In this document: positions 19,191-27,757 of the stretch, one piece after another
Layout: every line of letters starts with the position of its first letter
Numbering within the stretch: position 1 is the first letter of the stretch
DNA from: a virus
IMG/VR virus record: IMGVR_UViG_3300017605_001488
Coordinates: 1 to 64,000 of that record
Length of the DNA: 64,000 bases
Direction: 5' to 3' (one strand)
Notes under the pieces: model-generated
Databases searched by the model: none
Told to the model about the DNA's origin: nothing
Seen by the model: the letters and a program-made list of their open reading frames with translations, nothing else
Made by a program: the position numbers and the translations under genes

Positions 19191-19843
19191 GGCTTGCCGG
19201 CTTCCTCGCCTTCGCCGGCGGCAACCTTGCGCGTGTACGATTCGAACTCCGCGACGGTGACGATCTCCGACGGATGAGCGTGCTCGCTGGTCACCGCGAC
19301 ATCGGTGCATTCGTCGCACAGCGGGATGCCCCCGAACACGTACGTGGACGGCACGTCGACGGCGTGGTCGCGCTCGCACCACTTGATGCGCTCCCGCTCG
19401 CGAGCGGCATCGTACGCGTCGCGGTCCACGTTGAAGATGCGCTGCATGCCGACCCACGGCACGAACCGCAGGCCGATGAGGTTCTGCACATCGAACCCGT
19501 ACTGCGGTCGCCCGTCGCGGTTGGTCAACATCGCCCACGGCGGGCGGTGCGCGCGCTTGCTGTTCAACGTGCACCCCGTCACCGTGCATAGGCCCATGAT
19601 GCCGCCAAACCGGCGCGTGGCCACGAACCGATCGAACGGTGGGAGGATGATCTCCTCGTCGATGTTGTCCTGCATCCACGCCTCGGCCCAATCGTATTCC
19701 GATCGGGTGAGCCCGACCGCCCGATGCAAGTACAACTCCCCGCGATGGGTCGTCGACCACACGCGGTTCTCGATGTCCTTGCCGAGCTCCCACATCGCGT
19801 AGAGCCACGGTTCGCGCAGCGACAGCACCTTGATGATGCCCAT
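19187..19843 (-). CDS. ASCH domain protein
   Basis: LSLREPW, GKDIENRVW-x3-HRGELYLH. Confidence 0.85.
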   Translation of the reverse strand: MGIIKVLSLREPWLYAMWELGKDIENRVWSTTHRGELYLHRAVGLTRSEYDWAEAWMQDNIDEEIILPPFDRFVATRRFGGIMGLCTVTGCTLNSKRAHRPPWAMLTNRDGRPQYGFDVQNLIGLRFVPWVGMQRIFNVDRDAYDAARERERIKWCERDHAVDVPSTYVFGGIPLCDECTDVAVTSEHAHPSEIVTVAEFESYTRKVAAGEGEEAGKP

Positions 19844-19854
19844 GCCGACCGTAC

Positions 19855-20229
19855 TTACGCGGTGCCGCGGTCAATCACGTCGACGCGATAGCCCGGGATC
19901 GCTACGCCGGGCGGGATGCGCAAGAGCTCTCCGAGCACCTTGATGGCGCGTGCCGGGTCGCACACGTCGCCGCACGTGAACACGTCCACGAACATCACGC
20001 CCGCTTCGGGGTACGTGTGAATGGACGCGTGCGACTCCGACAGCTCGACGAGGACGGTGAGCCCTTGCGGCTCGAACTCGCGCACGTGCGACGCGAGCAC
20101 CGTGGCACCGGCATGCCGACACGCCGCGACGAGCGACAGCTCGAGCGTCACCCGACTGTTCAACGTCTCGAACGGGACGCCGTGGAACTCGGCGAGGGCG
20201 TGTTTGCCGCGCGGGGGATGGTCGCTCAT
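19855..20229 (-). CDS. speD: S-adenosylmethionine decarboxylase proenzyme (class 1B family)
   Basis: GKHALAE, FEPQG, LSESHASIHTYPE (pyruvoyl cleavage site), DVFTCG. Confidence 0.9.
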   Translation of the reverse strand: MSDHPPRGKHALAEFHGVPFETLNSRVTLELSLVAACRHAGATVLASHVREFEPQGLTVLVELSESHASIHTYPEAGVMFVDVFTCGDVCDPARAIKVLGELLRIPPGVAIPGYRVDVIDRGTA

Positions 20230-21152
20230 GCCGGCCGCCGAAACACGATTGCGTACTCGTGCACCTTGGGTGCGATGCGGTGGCGGTTCTTGTCCGCGGC
20301 GAAGATGCGCGGCAACCCCGCGATGAGCCCGTCGACGATCCACGTGTCGTGCAGCTTCCAACCGGCACGCACCATCAGGGCGATGGTGTCGGCGTGGTAC
20401 GCGTAGAAGTCCCCGCCCCGTCGAAAGTCGTTCACGTTCGACACGAAGTACGCGCCCGGCTTGAACTTGGGCAACCACTCGCGCGCGACCGTTTCCATCC
20501 CCGCGAGGAAGTCCTGGTACGTGCCCAGCTTGCCCAACTGCTCGGGCTCGTCACCGTAGTACTCGATGTCGTAGTACGGCGGCGACGTGAACCCGAAGTC
20601 TCCACGCCCGTCGGCGATCCACGACGGGTCCCGCGAGTCCCCGTGCACGATGTCGATGCGGGTCTTGCCGTCGTCGATCTTGGCCTTCACCGCCGCGATG
20701 TACCGGAAGAACTCCGTCGACAAGTCCATGCCGACGTAGTGCAACCCGCGCAGCTTCGCGACCTGCATTTGCACGCCCTGCCCCATGAACGGATCGAGGT
20801 ACGTGTCCCCGGGCTTGGCGTAGTACTTGATGAAGAAGTCGACGAGCTCGGCGGGCATGATGGACGCGTTGACGCGTTGGCCGCCCTTCTGCTTCGTCAT
20901 CACACCGCCCACGATGCCCATGCGCTTCCGTTCTTTGGCGGTGGCCTTGCCCTCGGTGGTCTTGGTGTTCGCGACGAGCGTGTCACCGTCGGCGGAGATG
21001 GACCGGCCGCGCTCCTCCTGCTGGTACATGAACATCGACTTGGACAACGCGCCGCGCGACAACTTCAGCACCGACATCGGCATGAACCCGAACTTGGCGG
21101 TGAGGTCGTCGCGGTTCGTGGCCGACGCGCGCACGCGGTCCGCGAGCGTCAC
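20226..21152 (-). CDS. DNA amino-methyltransferase-like protein (N4-C/N6-A)
   Basis: Motif I YLDPFMGQG, GMDLS, GDS, motif IV FTSPPYY, C-terminal HEY. Confidence 0.85.
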   Translation of the reverse strand: MTLADRVRASATNRDDLTAKFGFMPMSVLKLSRGALSKSMFMYQQEERGRSISADGDTLVANTKTTEGKATAKERKRMGIVGGVMTKQKGGQRVNASIMPAELVDFFIKYYAKPGDTYLDPFMGQGVQMQVAKLRGLHYVGMDLSTEFFRYIAAVKAKIDDGKTRIDIVHGDSRDPSWIADGRGDFGFTSPPYYDIEYYGDEPEQLGKLGTYQDFLAGMETVAREWLPKFKPGAYFVSNVNDFRRGGDFYAYHADTIALMVRAGWKLHDTWIVDGLIAGLPRIFAADKNRHRIAPKVHEYAIVFRRPA

Positions 21153-21856
21153 GGCGTCACCACCTTCGCGGCGGTTTCCTGACGCAACCACGCACGCAAC
21201 ACGTCGTCGAGCATCGGTGTCGTGCCCGCTTGTTGCGTCGCGCGGTACCGGGTCACGAACTCGTCGTACACGGCCTTGGTGACGCGACCGGCGTAGTCGC
21301 CGAACCGGAACGCGACGAACCCGTCGTCGGTGTCGTCCGCCGCACCGAAGTCCGCCGGACCATCCCCCGGGGTGGCGTCGCTGGCCGCGGCGAGAATGGC
21401 GTCGACCTCCTCCTGCGGGATGCCCGTGCCCGTGACCACGTCGACGTTGTGGTCGAGCAGCTTCGCCACCTCGACCGCGAACGCGGCGTCGTCCCATTCG
21501 GCGATCTCGCCGAGCTTGTTGTCCGCGAGTGCGAGCGCGTGCGCCTCGTCTTCGGTGATGTCGAGGAACCGCACCGGCACCATCCCGGGCGACGGCTGCC
21601 CGGGGAACACCCCGTTGAGCAGCAACACCGCCTTGCGGCGGGTGTGGCCCTTGATGATCTCGCGGTTCGCGAGCCGCGCCACGATCGGCGCACCGAACCC
21701 AAACCGCCCGATGGACGCGGCGATCTCGGGCACGGCCTTGTCGTTCACGCGCGGGTTGTCGGCCCACGGGACGAGCGAGTCGAGCGCCACCCATTCGGCG
21801 GCGGGCGGAACAACAACGGGCGCGGGTGCGCCTTCCTTCGAACGTTTCGGTGGCAT
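21149..21856 (-). CDS. ParB/Srx N-terminal domain protein
   Basis: WADNPR, SIGRFGFGAPIV, IIKGHTR, LADNKLGE. Confidence 0.9.
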   Translation of the reverse strand: MPPKRSKEGAPAPVVVPPAAEWVALDSLVPWADNPRVNDKAVPEIAASIGRFGFGAPIVARLANREIIKGHTRRKAVLLLNGVFPGQPSPGMVPVRFLDITEDEAHALALADNKLGEIAEWDDAAFAVEVAKLLDHNVDVVTGTGIPQEEVDAILAAASDATPGDGPADFGAADDTDDGFVAFRFGDYAGRVTKAVYDEFVTRYRATQQAGTTPMLDDVLRAWLRQETAAKVVTP

Positions 21857-21899
21857 GTGGTGCGTGCTCCCGGCGTGACGGGGTTGAGCCCCCACCGTA
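21857..21899 (-). promoter_or_regulatory. ParB-operon leader: TACGGT -10-like element plus CCGTCACGCCGG/GCACGCACCAC box
   Basis: Same two blocks as the terL leader. Confidence 0.6.
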
Positions 21900-21927
21900 G
21901 CGCACGCACCCGGGTCGTGTCGACCGT

Positions 21928-22257
21928 TCAGACGGGACGCGTGACGATGGAATCGGCGACAAGCGAATCGGTCTCCATGAGCTTCGCCACGAACCGTTCG
22001 ACCTTCGAGGTCAAGATCGTCTTGCGGCACTCGCGTTGCTCCGCGTGGCGACCGCCGCGACCGGGGAACGGCGGCCACGTCTTCCACGCGATCTCCGTCT
22101 TCGCGACCTTGCGGGCGATGTGTTCCGCGACGAGCTCGGTGCGCACCGCAACGCGCGACCGGTCCAGCCCACGCGGCGACTGCGAATCAAGCACCCACAC
22201 GTACCCGGGCATGTTGTGCTCGAGGACGACGAAGCGGCCAGTGGTGTCGGTGGTCAT
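21928..22257 (-). CDS. Hypothetical protein
   Basis: Starts MTTDTTGR. Confidence 0.55.
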   Translation of the reverse strand: MTTDTTGRFVVLEHNMPGYVWVLDSQSPRGLDRSRVAVRTELVAEHIARKVAKTEIAWKTWPPFPGRGGRHAEQRECRKTILTSKVERFVAKLMETDSLVADSIVTRPV

Positions 22258-22321
22258 GCCCGCCGATGTTGCAGCCTCTTTGCCACGTGCAAGCTCGCGA
22301 AGCTCTTGAACCGCGTGCGAA

Positions 22322-22636
22322 CTAGCAACCCTTTGGACACTGCCGGATGTGGTGAAGGACCGCCGCGCGACATCGCCATTGGTTGATCGAGTCCTTGCGT
22401 ACGCCGAGCTCGATCGGACTGTCCGGCAACGTATCCGCCGTCGACGGGGATGCCTCAACCAACTGGTTGATGGAGTCGATCGTCTTCAACCGCGAGAACC
22501 CTTCGCCGAGCGGTGCTGCGAGTATCCAATCCATGACCTCGATGGTCTCGGCATCGTTGGCGTTCAGCTTGTCGATGCACACCGCGTGCACGAGCTCGCC
22601 GAAGTTCAGCTGACGACCGGTGGCGTCGGTGGTCAC
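22322..22636 (-). CDS. Hypothetical protein
   Basis: GTGA overlap; starts MTTDATGR. Confidence 0.55.
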   Translation of the reverse strand: MTTDATGRQLNFGELVHAVCIDKLNANDAETIEVMDWILAAPLGEGFSRLKTIDSINQLVEASPSTADTLPDSPIELGVRKDSINQWRCRAAVLHHIRQCPKGC

Positions 22637-22989
22637 GACGCGCGTACCATCTCGATGAGTCGCCCCGCGACGTGCGTGTGTACCCCGGCGAGCGACCCCG
22701 CCAGCGACTTTGGCACGGCCTTCACCGCCAACGTCGCACACGCAATCAACGCCTCGAGCCGTTCCTCAGCCGCACGTTGTTCCCTCTTCATCTCCGACAA
22801 CCGCTTCGCCGAACGTGCCGCCCGCAACGCGCCGAGGTCACCACCAATCGGATGCATCAACCACAACCGAATCTCGATCTCGTACTCGTAGCAGGGCCAC
22901 TGCTCTAAGAACTGCCGGACGGCATCGCGGAACCGGTCCACCCACGTCGGCAATCGATCCACAACCGCCATGGACGCGCTGCTCCTCAC
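22633..22989 (-). CDS. Hypothetical protein
   Basis: Tiled ORF; start uncertain. Confidence 0.5.
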   Translation of the reverse strand: MRSSASMAVVDRLPTWVDRFRDAVRQFLEQWPCYEYEIEIRLWLMHPIGGDLGALRAARSAKRLSEMKREQRAAEERLEALIACATLAVKAVPKSLAGSLAGVHTHVAGRLIEMVRAS

Positions 22990-23333
22990 GGTCGAAGGCC
23001 CGTGCCCGGACACGTCGGACATGCGATCGTCGCGCCGTCCCGACATCGCGTACCCGACCCACCACACGACGGGCACGCGCGCTCACCGAGACAACGCGTG
23101 CACACCTTCGACGGGTTGTGCGTGCGTCGGATGTTGCACTCCACGCACATCGGCCCCTCGAGCGCGTCGGTGATCTGCGCCTTGGTCAACACGCGCTGCT
23201 TCGGTGCGGTTTGCTTCGATTCGATGCGATTCGCATCACTTCGCTTCGATGTGCTTCGCTTTGCATCGCGGTCGCGTGCCAGCTCCTCGCGACGAGCACG
23301 GATGTCGTCGGTGCGCTTGCTCGCGGCCATCAC
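22986..23333 (-). CDS. Cys-rich zinc-finger protein containing a pentanucleotide-repeat segment
   Basis: Four CxxC pairs at the C-terminus. Confidence 0.55.
   Translation of the reverse strand: MMAASKRTDDIRARREELARDRDAKRSTSKRSDANRIESKQTAPKQRVLTKAQITDALEGPMCVECNIRRTHNPSKVCTRCLGERACPSCGGSGTRCRDGATIACPTCPGTGLRP
23210..23269. repeat. Degenerate 5-bp tandem repeat (~12 units, TTCGC/TTCGA-like)
   Basis: tttgc ttcga ttcga tgcga ttcgc atcac ttcgc ttcga tgtgc ttcgc tttgc atcgc. Confidence 0.7.
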
Positions 23334-23554
23334 TTACCCTTTCGGGCGGCACGTCGCCCCCGGACCCACGCCCACGTCGCCGACAACGTGAAGTCGAGGA
23401 CGATGCCGACCACGATGCCTGCGATGAGCAGCGGCCAACTAAACCGCATGGGCTCACCGTTGCGCGCACCCGCCCACAACGTCACGAGCAACAACACGAA
23501 CAGCAGGGCTTGCACCCACCGTCGCCACGGATGCGCGGGCGTCATCATCATCAT
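23330..23554 (-). CDS. Small two-TM membrane protein
   Basis: Two hydrophobic helices, basic C-terminus. Confidence 0.65.
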   Translation of the reverse strand: MMMMTPAHPWRRWVQALLFVLLLVTLWAGARNGEPMRFSWPLLIAGIVVGIVLDFTLSATWAWVRGRRAARKGK

Positions 23555-23742
23555 CCCTTCGTCCTTCCCAGCCGCAACGCCAACATGTCGACGACCTTCC
23601 TCGTCTCCTCCAACCTTGCGCGCGTGCCCGCGGTATCACGCGCGTCGTGCTCGAACATCGCCTCGCCGTACGCACGCAACGCGTCGAGCGCTTCGACGAT
23701 GACCGGACGCGGGTTCAATGGAGGTGTGGACTTGGTGCTCAT
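23551..23742 (-). CDS. Hypothetical protein
   Basis: ATGA overlaps on both sides. Confidence 0.5.
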   Translation of the reverse strand: MSTKSTPPLNPRPVIVEALDALRAYGEAMFEHDARDTAGTRARLEETRKVVDMLALRLGRTKG

Positions 23743-24155
23743 ACGCCACATCGAAGCAGATCGTGTTCCGCGTTGTCGACCGTCCGCCGTTCGCGGCGGA
23801 TCCACTTGACTCCGTTGATGCGCAGCTTCTGAATCGCCTGCACGGGCGTGGACCCGTCGGCGAACAACAACGACGAGAACGCCCCGCCGTGTCCGCGCTC
23901 ACCAAGGTGCGCCGAGTACCGCCATCCGTTGATGGTCGAGTGCAACGACACGTACAGACCACCGAAGAAGACCTCCGCGTGCCATCCTAAGTTCTCCCAC
24001 ACGCGCGCCTTCCAGCCCTTGCCGAGCTGCCGCGCCACTGCCTGCGCGCGCTTCCTGTATCGTTCGTGGTCCACCCATCGACAACGACACCCGCACGCCG
24101 AGCTACAGAAGATCGGCCCACGCCTACGCGGCACCCACGTCAGCTTCGTGGCCAT
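23739..24155 (-). CDS. Hypothetical protein
   Basis: Starts MATKLTW; FCSSACGCRC, WKARVWENLGWH. Confidence 0.6.
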   Translation of the reverse strand: MATKLTWVPRRRGPIFCSSACGCRCRWVDHERYRKRAQAVARQLGKGWKARVWENLGWHAEVFFGGLYVSLHSTINGWRYSAHLGERGHGGAFSSLLFADGSTPVQAIQKLRINGVKWIRRERRTVDNAEHDLLRCGV

Positions 24156-24157
24156 GG

Positions 24158-24448
24158 TCACCCCGCCCCGAACGGCTTGTCGAGCTCGACCAACAACGCC
24201 TCGGCGGCACGACGTGCAACCGACGGGTCGGGTGGCGCGGCACCGACCGCACGACCCATGCACATGTGCCCGTAGATGACCGACGCGAGCATCGCCCGGT
24301 GTCCATCGCACTTGTCGCATAGCCCGTTCTTGTGTGCACCCTCACCGGCGTACACGTGCCGCGTGCAGTGCGGGTTCCCGCACCGCGGTGGTTCACGCAT
24401 CTCCGCGGCCCGCGACGGACCGCCGGACAGGTTCTCGTCGGTGCTCAT
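24158..24448 (-). CDS. Small Cys/His zinc-binding protein
   Basis: CGNPHC...GLCDKC. Confidence 0.55.
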   Translation of the reverse strand: MSTDENLSGGPSRAAEMREPPRCGNPHCTRHVYAGEGAHKNGLCDKCDGHRAMLASVIYGHMCMGRAVGAAPPDPSVARRAAEALLVELDKPFGAG

Positions 24449-25059
24449 CCTCGCGATCCTCCGTTCCCGATCTCGTCCCACGCCTTGGTGCTGTCGTCGC
24501 TTGGCATCGGTGCGGGCGCATCGTGCTGCTCGATGCCCGGGCGCGCGTCCTCGACGTGCATGGCCGGGTTGCCCGTCGTGTCGATGTGGTTGTCCACGCG
24601 CGACGGCATCGTTGCCGGCGGGTCCGTCTTCCCAACGCCGAACGCGGCGGCGGCCTGCCCCGGTGGCACTGGCACGATGCCGTCGACGTGCTCGCGCTTC
24701 CACGCCTCGAGCGTGTGGTGCGCCTGGACGAGCGCGCCGGCCACCAACACGATGCGCTCGGCGGGGATGGCGAACGTCGATTCGGGATCGTCCTTCGGAT
24801 CGAACCACTCCGACCATTCGGCGCCGTCGTTGAACACGACGACCTCGGCGTCGTTCTCGTAGCTGTCCACCGCCGTGCGATGAATGCGCATCTCCCACGT
24901 CACCTGCACGGTGCCGCGGAACTGCACCTGCAACGCGTTCGGGTCGACCACCGGTTGGATGGTCAACCGCGCTTGATCGGTCAACGTCTCCCACAGCGCG
25001 ACATGGATGGGGTCGCCAAGCTTCGTGTCAAACGACGTGATGGGGACGGGGCAGGGCAT
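24445..25059 (-). CDS. Hypothetical acidic protein
   Basis: Starts MPCPVPIT; GGAGG RBS. Confidence 0.65.
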   Translation of the reverse strand: MPCPVPITSFDTKLGDPIHVALWETLTDQARLTIQPVVDPNALQVQFRGTVQVTWEMRIHRTAVDSYENDAEVVVFNDGAEWSEWFDPKDDPESTFAIPAERIVLVAGALVQAHHTLEAWKREHVDGIVPVPPGQAAAAFGVGKTDPPATMPSRVDNHIDTTGNPAMHVEDARPGIEQHDAPAPMPSDDSTKAWDEIGNGGSRG

Positions 25060-25173
25060 CGTGGCCTCCATTCGTGTAAACGGTTGGGCGGGGAGGGTAC
25101 CAACTCCCCGCCCCGCGAACCGCGGCGCGATCCCGGGACTAGGGCCGTGACAGGCCACCACCCGGAGACACCA

Positions 25174-25380
25174 TCACCCCTTACGCACGGGGTCGAGGAA
25201 TCCACGCGGCAACATCGACAGGCACATGTGCCCGATAGCGCTCTCCGGGAAGTCGCCGACGCTCGCGAACACGTGCGAGCCATCTACCGTCTGCACGAAC
25301 GTCTCGGTGACAGTGTCGAGGAACGCGCACCGCGGGGGTTCGGACGGCGTTGGTCCGGTGAGCTCGACGAAGCGGATCAT
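25174..25380 (-). CDS. Hypothetical protein
   Basis: Starts MIRFVEL; AFLDTVTETF. Confidence 0.55.
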   Translation of the reverse strand: MIRFVELTGPTPSEPPRCAFLDTVTETFVQTVDGSHVFASVGDFPESAIGHMCLSMLPRGFLDPVRKG

Positions 25381-25586
25381 GGGGTGCGGTCCTTGTAACG
25401 CTCGCGCCAATACTCCGGTCGATGCGCCCGGCGGCGTTCGCGGTCGACGCGGAAGTTGAGCGTGAGCCGCGCAACCGTGACCGAATGCCCGACCCATAGC
25501 AAGTCCACATCGCCGGCCTCGAGCAACGACTGCTCCCACCAATCGGTCGGGAGCAGCACGTCACACCCCGCGATGCGTGTGCACAC
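25377..25586 (-). CDS. Hypothetical protein
   Basis: Short tiled ORF; start uncertain. Confidence 0.4.
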   Translation of the reverse strand: MCTRIAGCDVLLPTDWWEQSLLEAGDVDLLWVGHSVTVARLTLNFRVDRERRRAHRPEYWRERYKDRTP

Positions 25587-25788
25587 GAAGGTCGACGACG
25601 AGTCGGCGTTCGACGCGGTTGCGGTCTACGACGGTGCACGTCGTGCCGCTCTCGATGGGAAAGGGAGACTCGACTTGCCGGTCGAGCGCCCGTTGCGCGA
25701 GGAACGCACCGATGCTCGCGAGCGCCGGGTACAACGGCACCCGCACCAAGTTCCCGTTCGCGTCGCGCAGCTCGATGTCGTCACCCAC
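25561..25788 (-). CDS. Hypothetical protein
   Basis: GTG start (MGDDIELRD); approximate. Confidence 0.4.
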   Translation of the reverse strand: MGDDIELRDANGNLVRVPLYPALASIGAFLAQRALDRQVESPFPIESGTTCTVVDRNRVERRLVVDLRVHTHRGV

Positions 25789-26020
25789 GGCGCACCCCCT
25801 TCGGTAACTCCTTGATGAACTGCTCGAGGCGCTTGGTCCGCGTGCGGTCGAACGCCGCGTGCGCCACACGTTGGATGCCCTCGTCGATGAGCCGCCGCAC
25901 CACGTCCGCCCGGTCAAGCCCGTACGTACCCGTGCGCAGCATCATGTCGATGACGGCGTCCTCCTGCTCGGTCAGGTCGACCGTCACCCGCGTGCGCCGC
26001 TTAGCCGGCACGGTGCACAT
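25781..26020 (-). CDS. Ribbon-helix-helix DNA-binding protein
   Basis: RVTVDLTEQEDAVID...G-x-Y...RADVVRRLIDEG. Confidence 0.7.
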   Translation of the reverse strand: MCTVPAKRRTRVTVDLTEQEDAVIDMMLRTGTYGLDRADVVRRLIDEGIQRVAHAAFDRTRTKRLEQFIKELPKGVRRG

Positions 26021-26052
26021 CCTCGTCGTCATCGTCGAACAACGGTTCGTCG

Positions 26053-26778
26053 TCATCCTCCACCGGACACCTCCTTTGATGCGCCGCCCGCCAGGACGGT
26101 CAGACCAAGGTGCCTTGCGCGTTGTAGCGCCGTTCCGACGAGCTCGACCTCGCGGGCGGCATCTTCGAGCGAGATGGGGCCTTGGTGCTCGAGCGCGATG
26201 ATGGCCGTCGGCATGTTGGCCTTGATGCGCTCGATCGCCACGAGGGCGTTCGCCGCCTCCGTCAACGCCCGGGTCGCCTGCGAGAACCGCACGAGCACCC
26301 GCAACGTCTCCCCCAACGGTACGTCGATCGGGTTCCCCTTCGAATCCGTCCCGCGGACCAGCTGCTCGTTGACCCGCTTGGCCAACGCGTCGAGCCCGGT
26401 CGTCATGTTCGCCAGCGTGCCGAGCCCCTTCATCACGTCGTTGCGCGCGAGCCGCAGGATGTTCTCGTCCCACTGCTTGGCTTGGATGGCGTGGGCTTTC
26501 GCCTGCTCGGCCTCCTCCACAATCTTCGCACGGGCCTGGGCGTCGATCTCCGCTTGGGCCTGCAACCGTGCAGCCTCCTCGGCGGCGAACACCTCCTGAA
26601 TCGGACGCCGCACATCCTCCGGAGCGTTGCGGCGCGGGGGTCCGCGCCACGCACGGGCGGCCGTGCGCCAATCACACCCCACCACGCGAGCCGCCCCATG
26701 GATGTCCCCGGGGTGCGCACGGAAGTGGGTAACCATCTGATCGTACTGCTCTTTGGTGAACGGCTTCTTATTCGCCAT
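26053..26778 (-). CDS. HTH plus coiled-coil protein; candidate terminase small subunit
   Basis: N-terminal HTH (GAARVVGCDWRTAARAW) followed by long helices; GGAGG RBS. TerS role is inference only. Confidence 0.45.
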   Translation of the reverse strand: MANKKPFTKEQYDQMVTHFRAHPGDIHGAARVVGCDWRTAARAWRGPPRRNAPEDVRRPIQEVFAAEEAARLQAQAEIDAQARAKIVEEAEQAKAHAIQAKQWDENILRLARNDVMKGLGTLANMTTGLDALAKRVNEQLVRGTDSKGNPIDVPLGETLRVLVRFSQATRALTEAANALVAIERIKANMPTAIIALEHQGPISLEDAAREVELVGTALQRARHLGLTVLAGGASKEVSGGG

Positions 26779-26951
26779 GCGGGCGTGCCTCCATGGGGAC
26801 GGTGTCGGGTGCGAGCAACGCATTCCACGCCATCAACACCACCATCGATACCTATCGCATCATCGCGACCTGTGCTAGTGTGTACCGCATGACGTATTGA
26901 ACCCGGGGGATGCGCGAGCCTCCTCCCTCGATGGGTGGACCGGAGGAAGCC

Positions 26952-27284
26952 ATGGGTAACGCAGCAGCCGTGATTGTGACGATCGAGCCCGACGGGATGC
27001 GCCAGGTGCACGCCGACCACGGTGGCCGCCCGGTGGCCGACGCCGAGCTCGAGGTGATGTTGGTGGGCCACGCCGAGGCCACCGCCGAACCTCCCATGCG
27101 CCCGACTACCGGATGGCGTGCGTGGGCGCGGCGTGGGTTCACCAGCGCGTTGGTCGAAACCATCCACGCGCTCCACGACGAGGGCATCCCCACGTCGTGC
27201 GCCATCAAGGCCCTGACTCCGCTCATCGAATGGGGGAAGCGCTCCTTCGGATCTCGCGAGGACCGCGCAAGACCTCGGGCATGA
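26952..27284 (+). CDS. Hypothetical protein
   Basis: GGAGG RBS; first gene of a plus-strand island. Confidence 0.6.
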   Translation: MGNAAAVIVTIEPDGMRQVHADHGGRPVADAELEVMLVGHAEATAEPPMRPTTGWRAWARRGFTSALVETIHALHDEGIPTSCAIKALTPLIEWGKRSFGSREDRARPRA

Positions 27285-27754
27285 GCAACCCCGACCACGT
27301 ACACACGTTCGAGAACGGACGGTGCCGCAGCTGCAACGCCCCCGACCCCATGGGTGACCTCGGGGGCGCGTTCGGCGCACTACCCCCCGGCATCACACCC
27401 GTCCGCGAAATCCAACCCGTCGCCATCGTCGGGGGTGCCCGCGCCACGGTCGTGACCTCCCACGCCCGATCGGCCGCACGGGGCAGGTACTACGTCGTCA
27501 CCAAGAACCCCGGCGATTGGCCCGGACACATCGTCGCCCGCGGATGGACCATCACCGACGCCGCGCCCATCCCCGACCGCGACCCCCTCGCCGCCATCCG
27601 GTACGCCATCAACGGCAAACCGGGACCGGACGAGCGCTCCGAGGCAGCCGCCCTCAACGCCGTGCGTGCCCACATCCACTCCCGTGCACCGGGGCTGATG
27701 CACATCCCCCGGCTCGAGAACGACGACCCGGTCATCGTCGAAACCTGGCTGTAG
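27281..27754 (+). CDS. Hypothetical protein
   Basis: ATGA overlap; NPGDWPGHIVARGW...DDPVIVETWL. Confidence 0.7.
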   Translation: MSNPDHVHTFENGRCRSCNAPDPMGDLGGAFGALPPGITPVREIQPVAIVGGARATVVTSHARSAARGRYYVVTKNPGDWPGHIVARGWTITDAAPIPDRDPLAAIRYAINGKPGPDERSEAAALNAVRAHIHSRAPGLMHIPRLENDDPVIVETWL

Positions 27755-27757
27755 CCC

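Noticed and set aside
20226-21962. 578-aa ParB-MTase fusion suggested by the ORF track
   Set aside because: The ParB domain is in a different frame (21149-21856) with its own stop overlapping the MTase GTG start, so these are two coupled genes.
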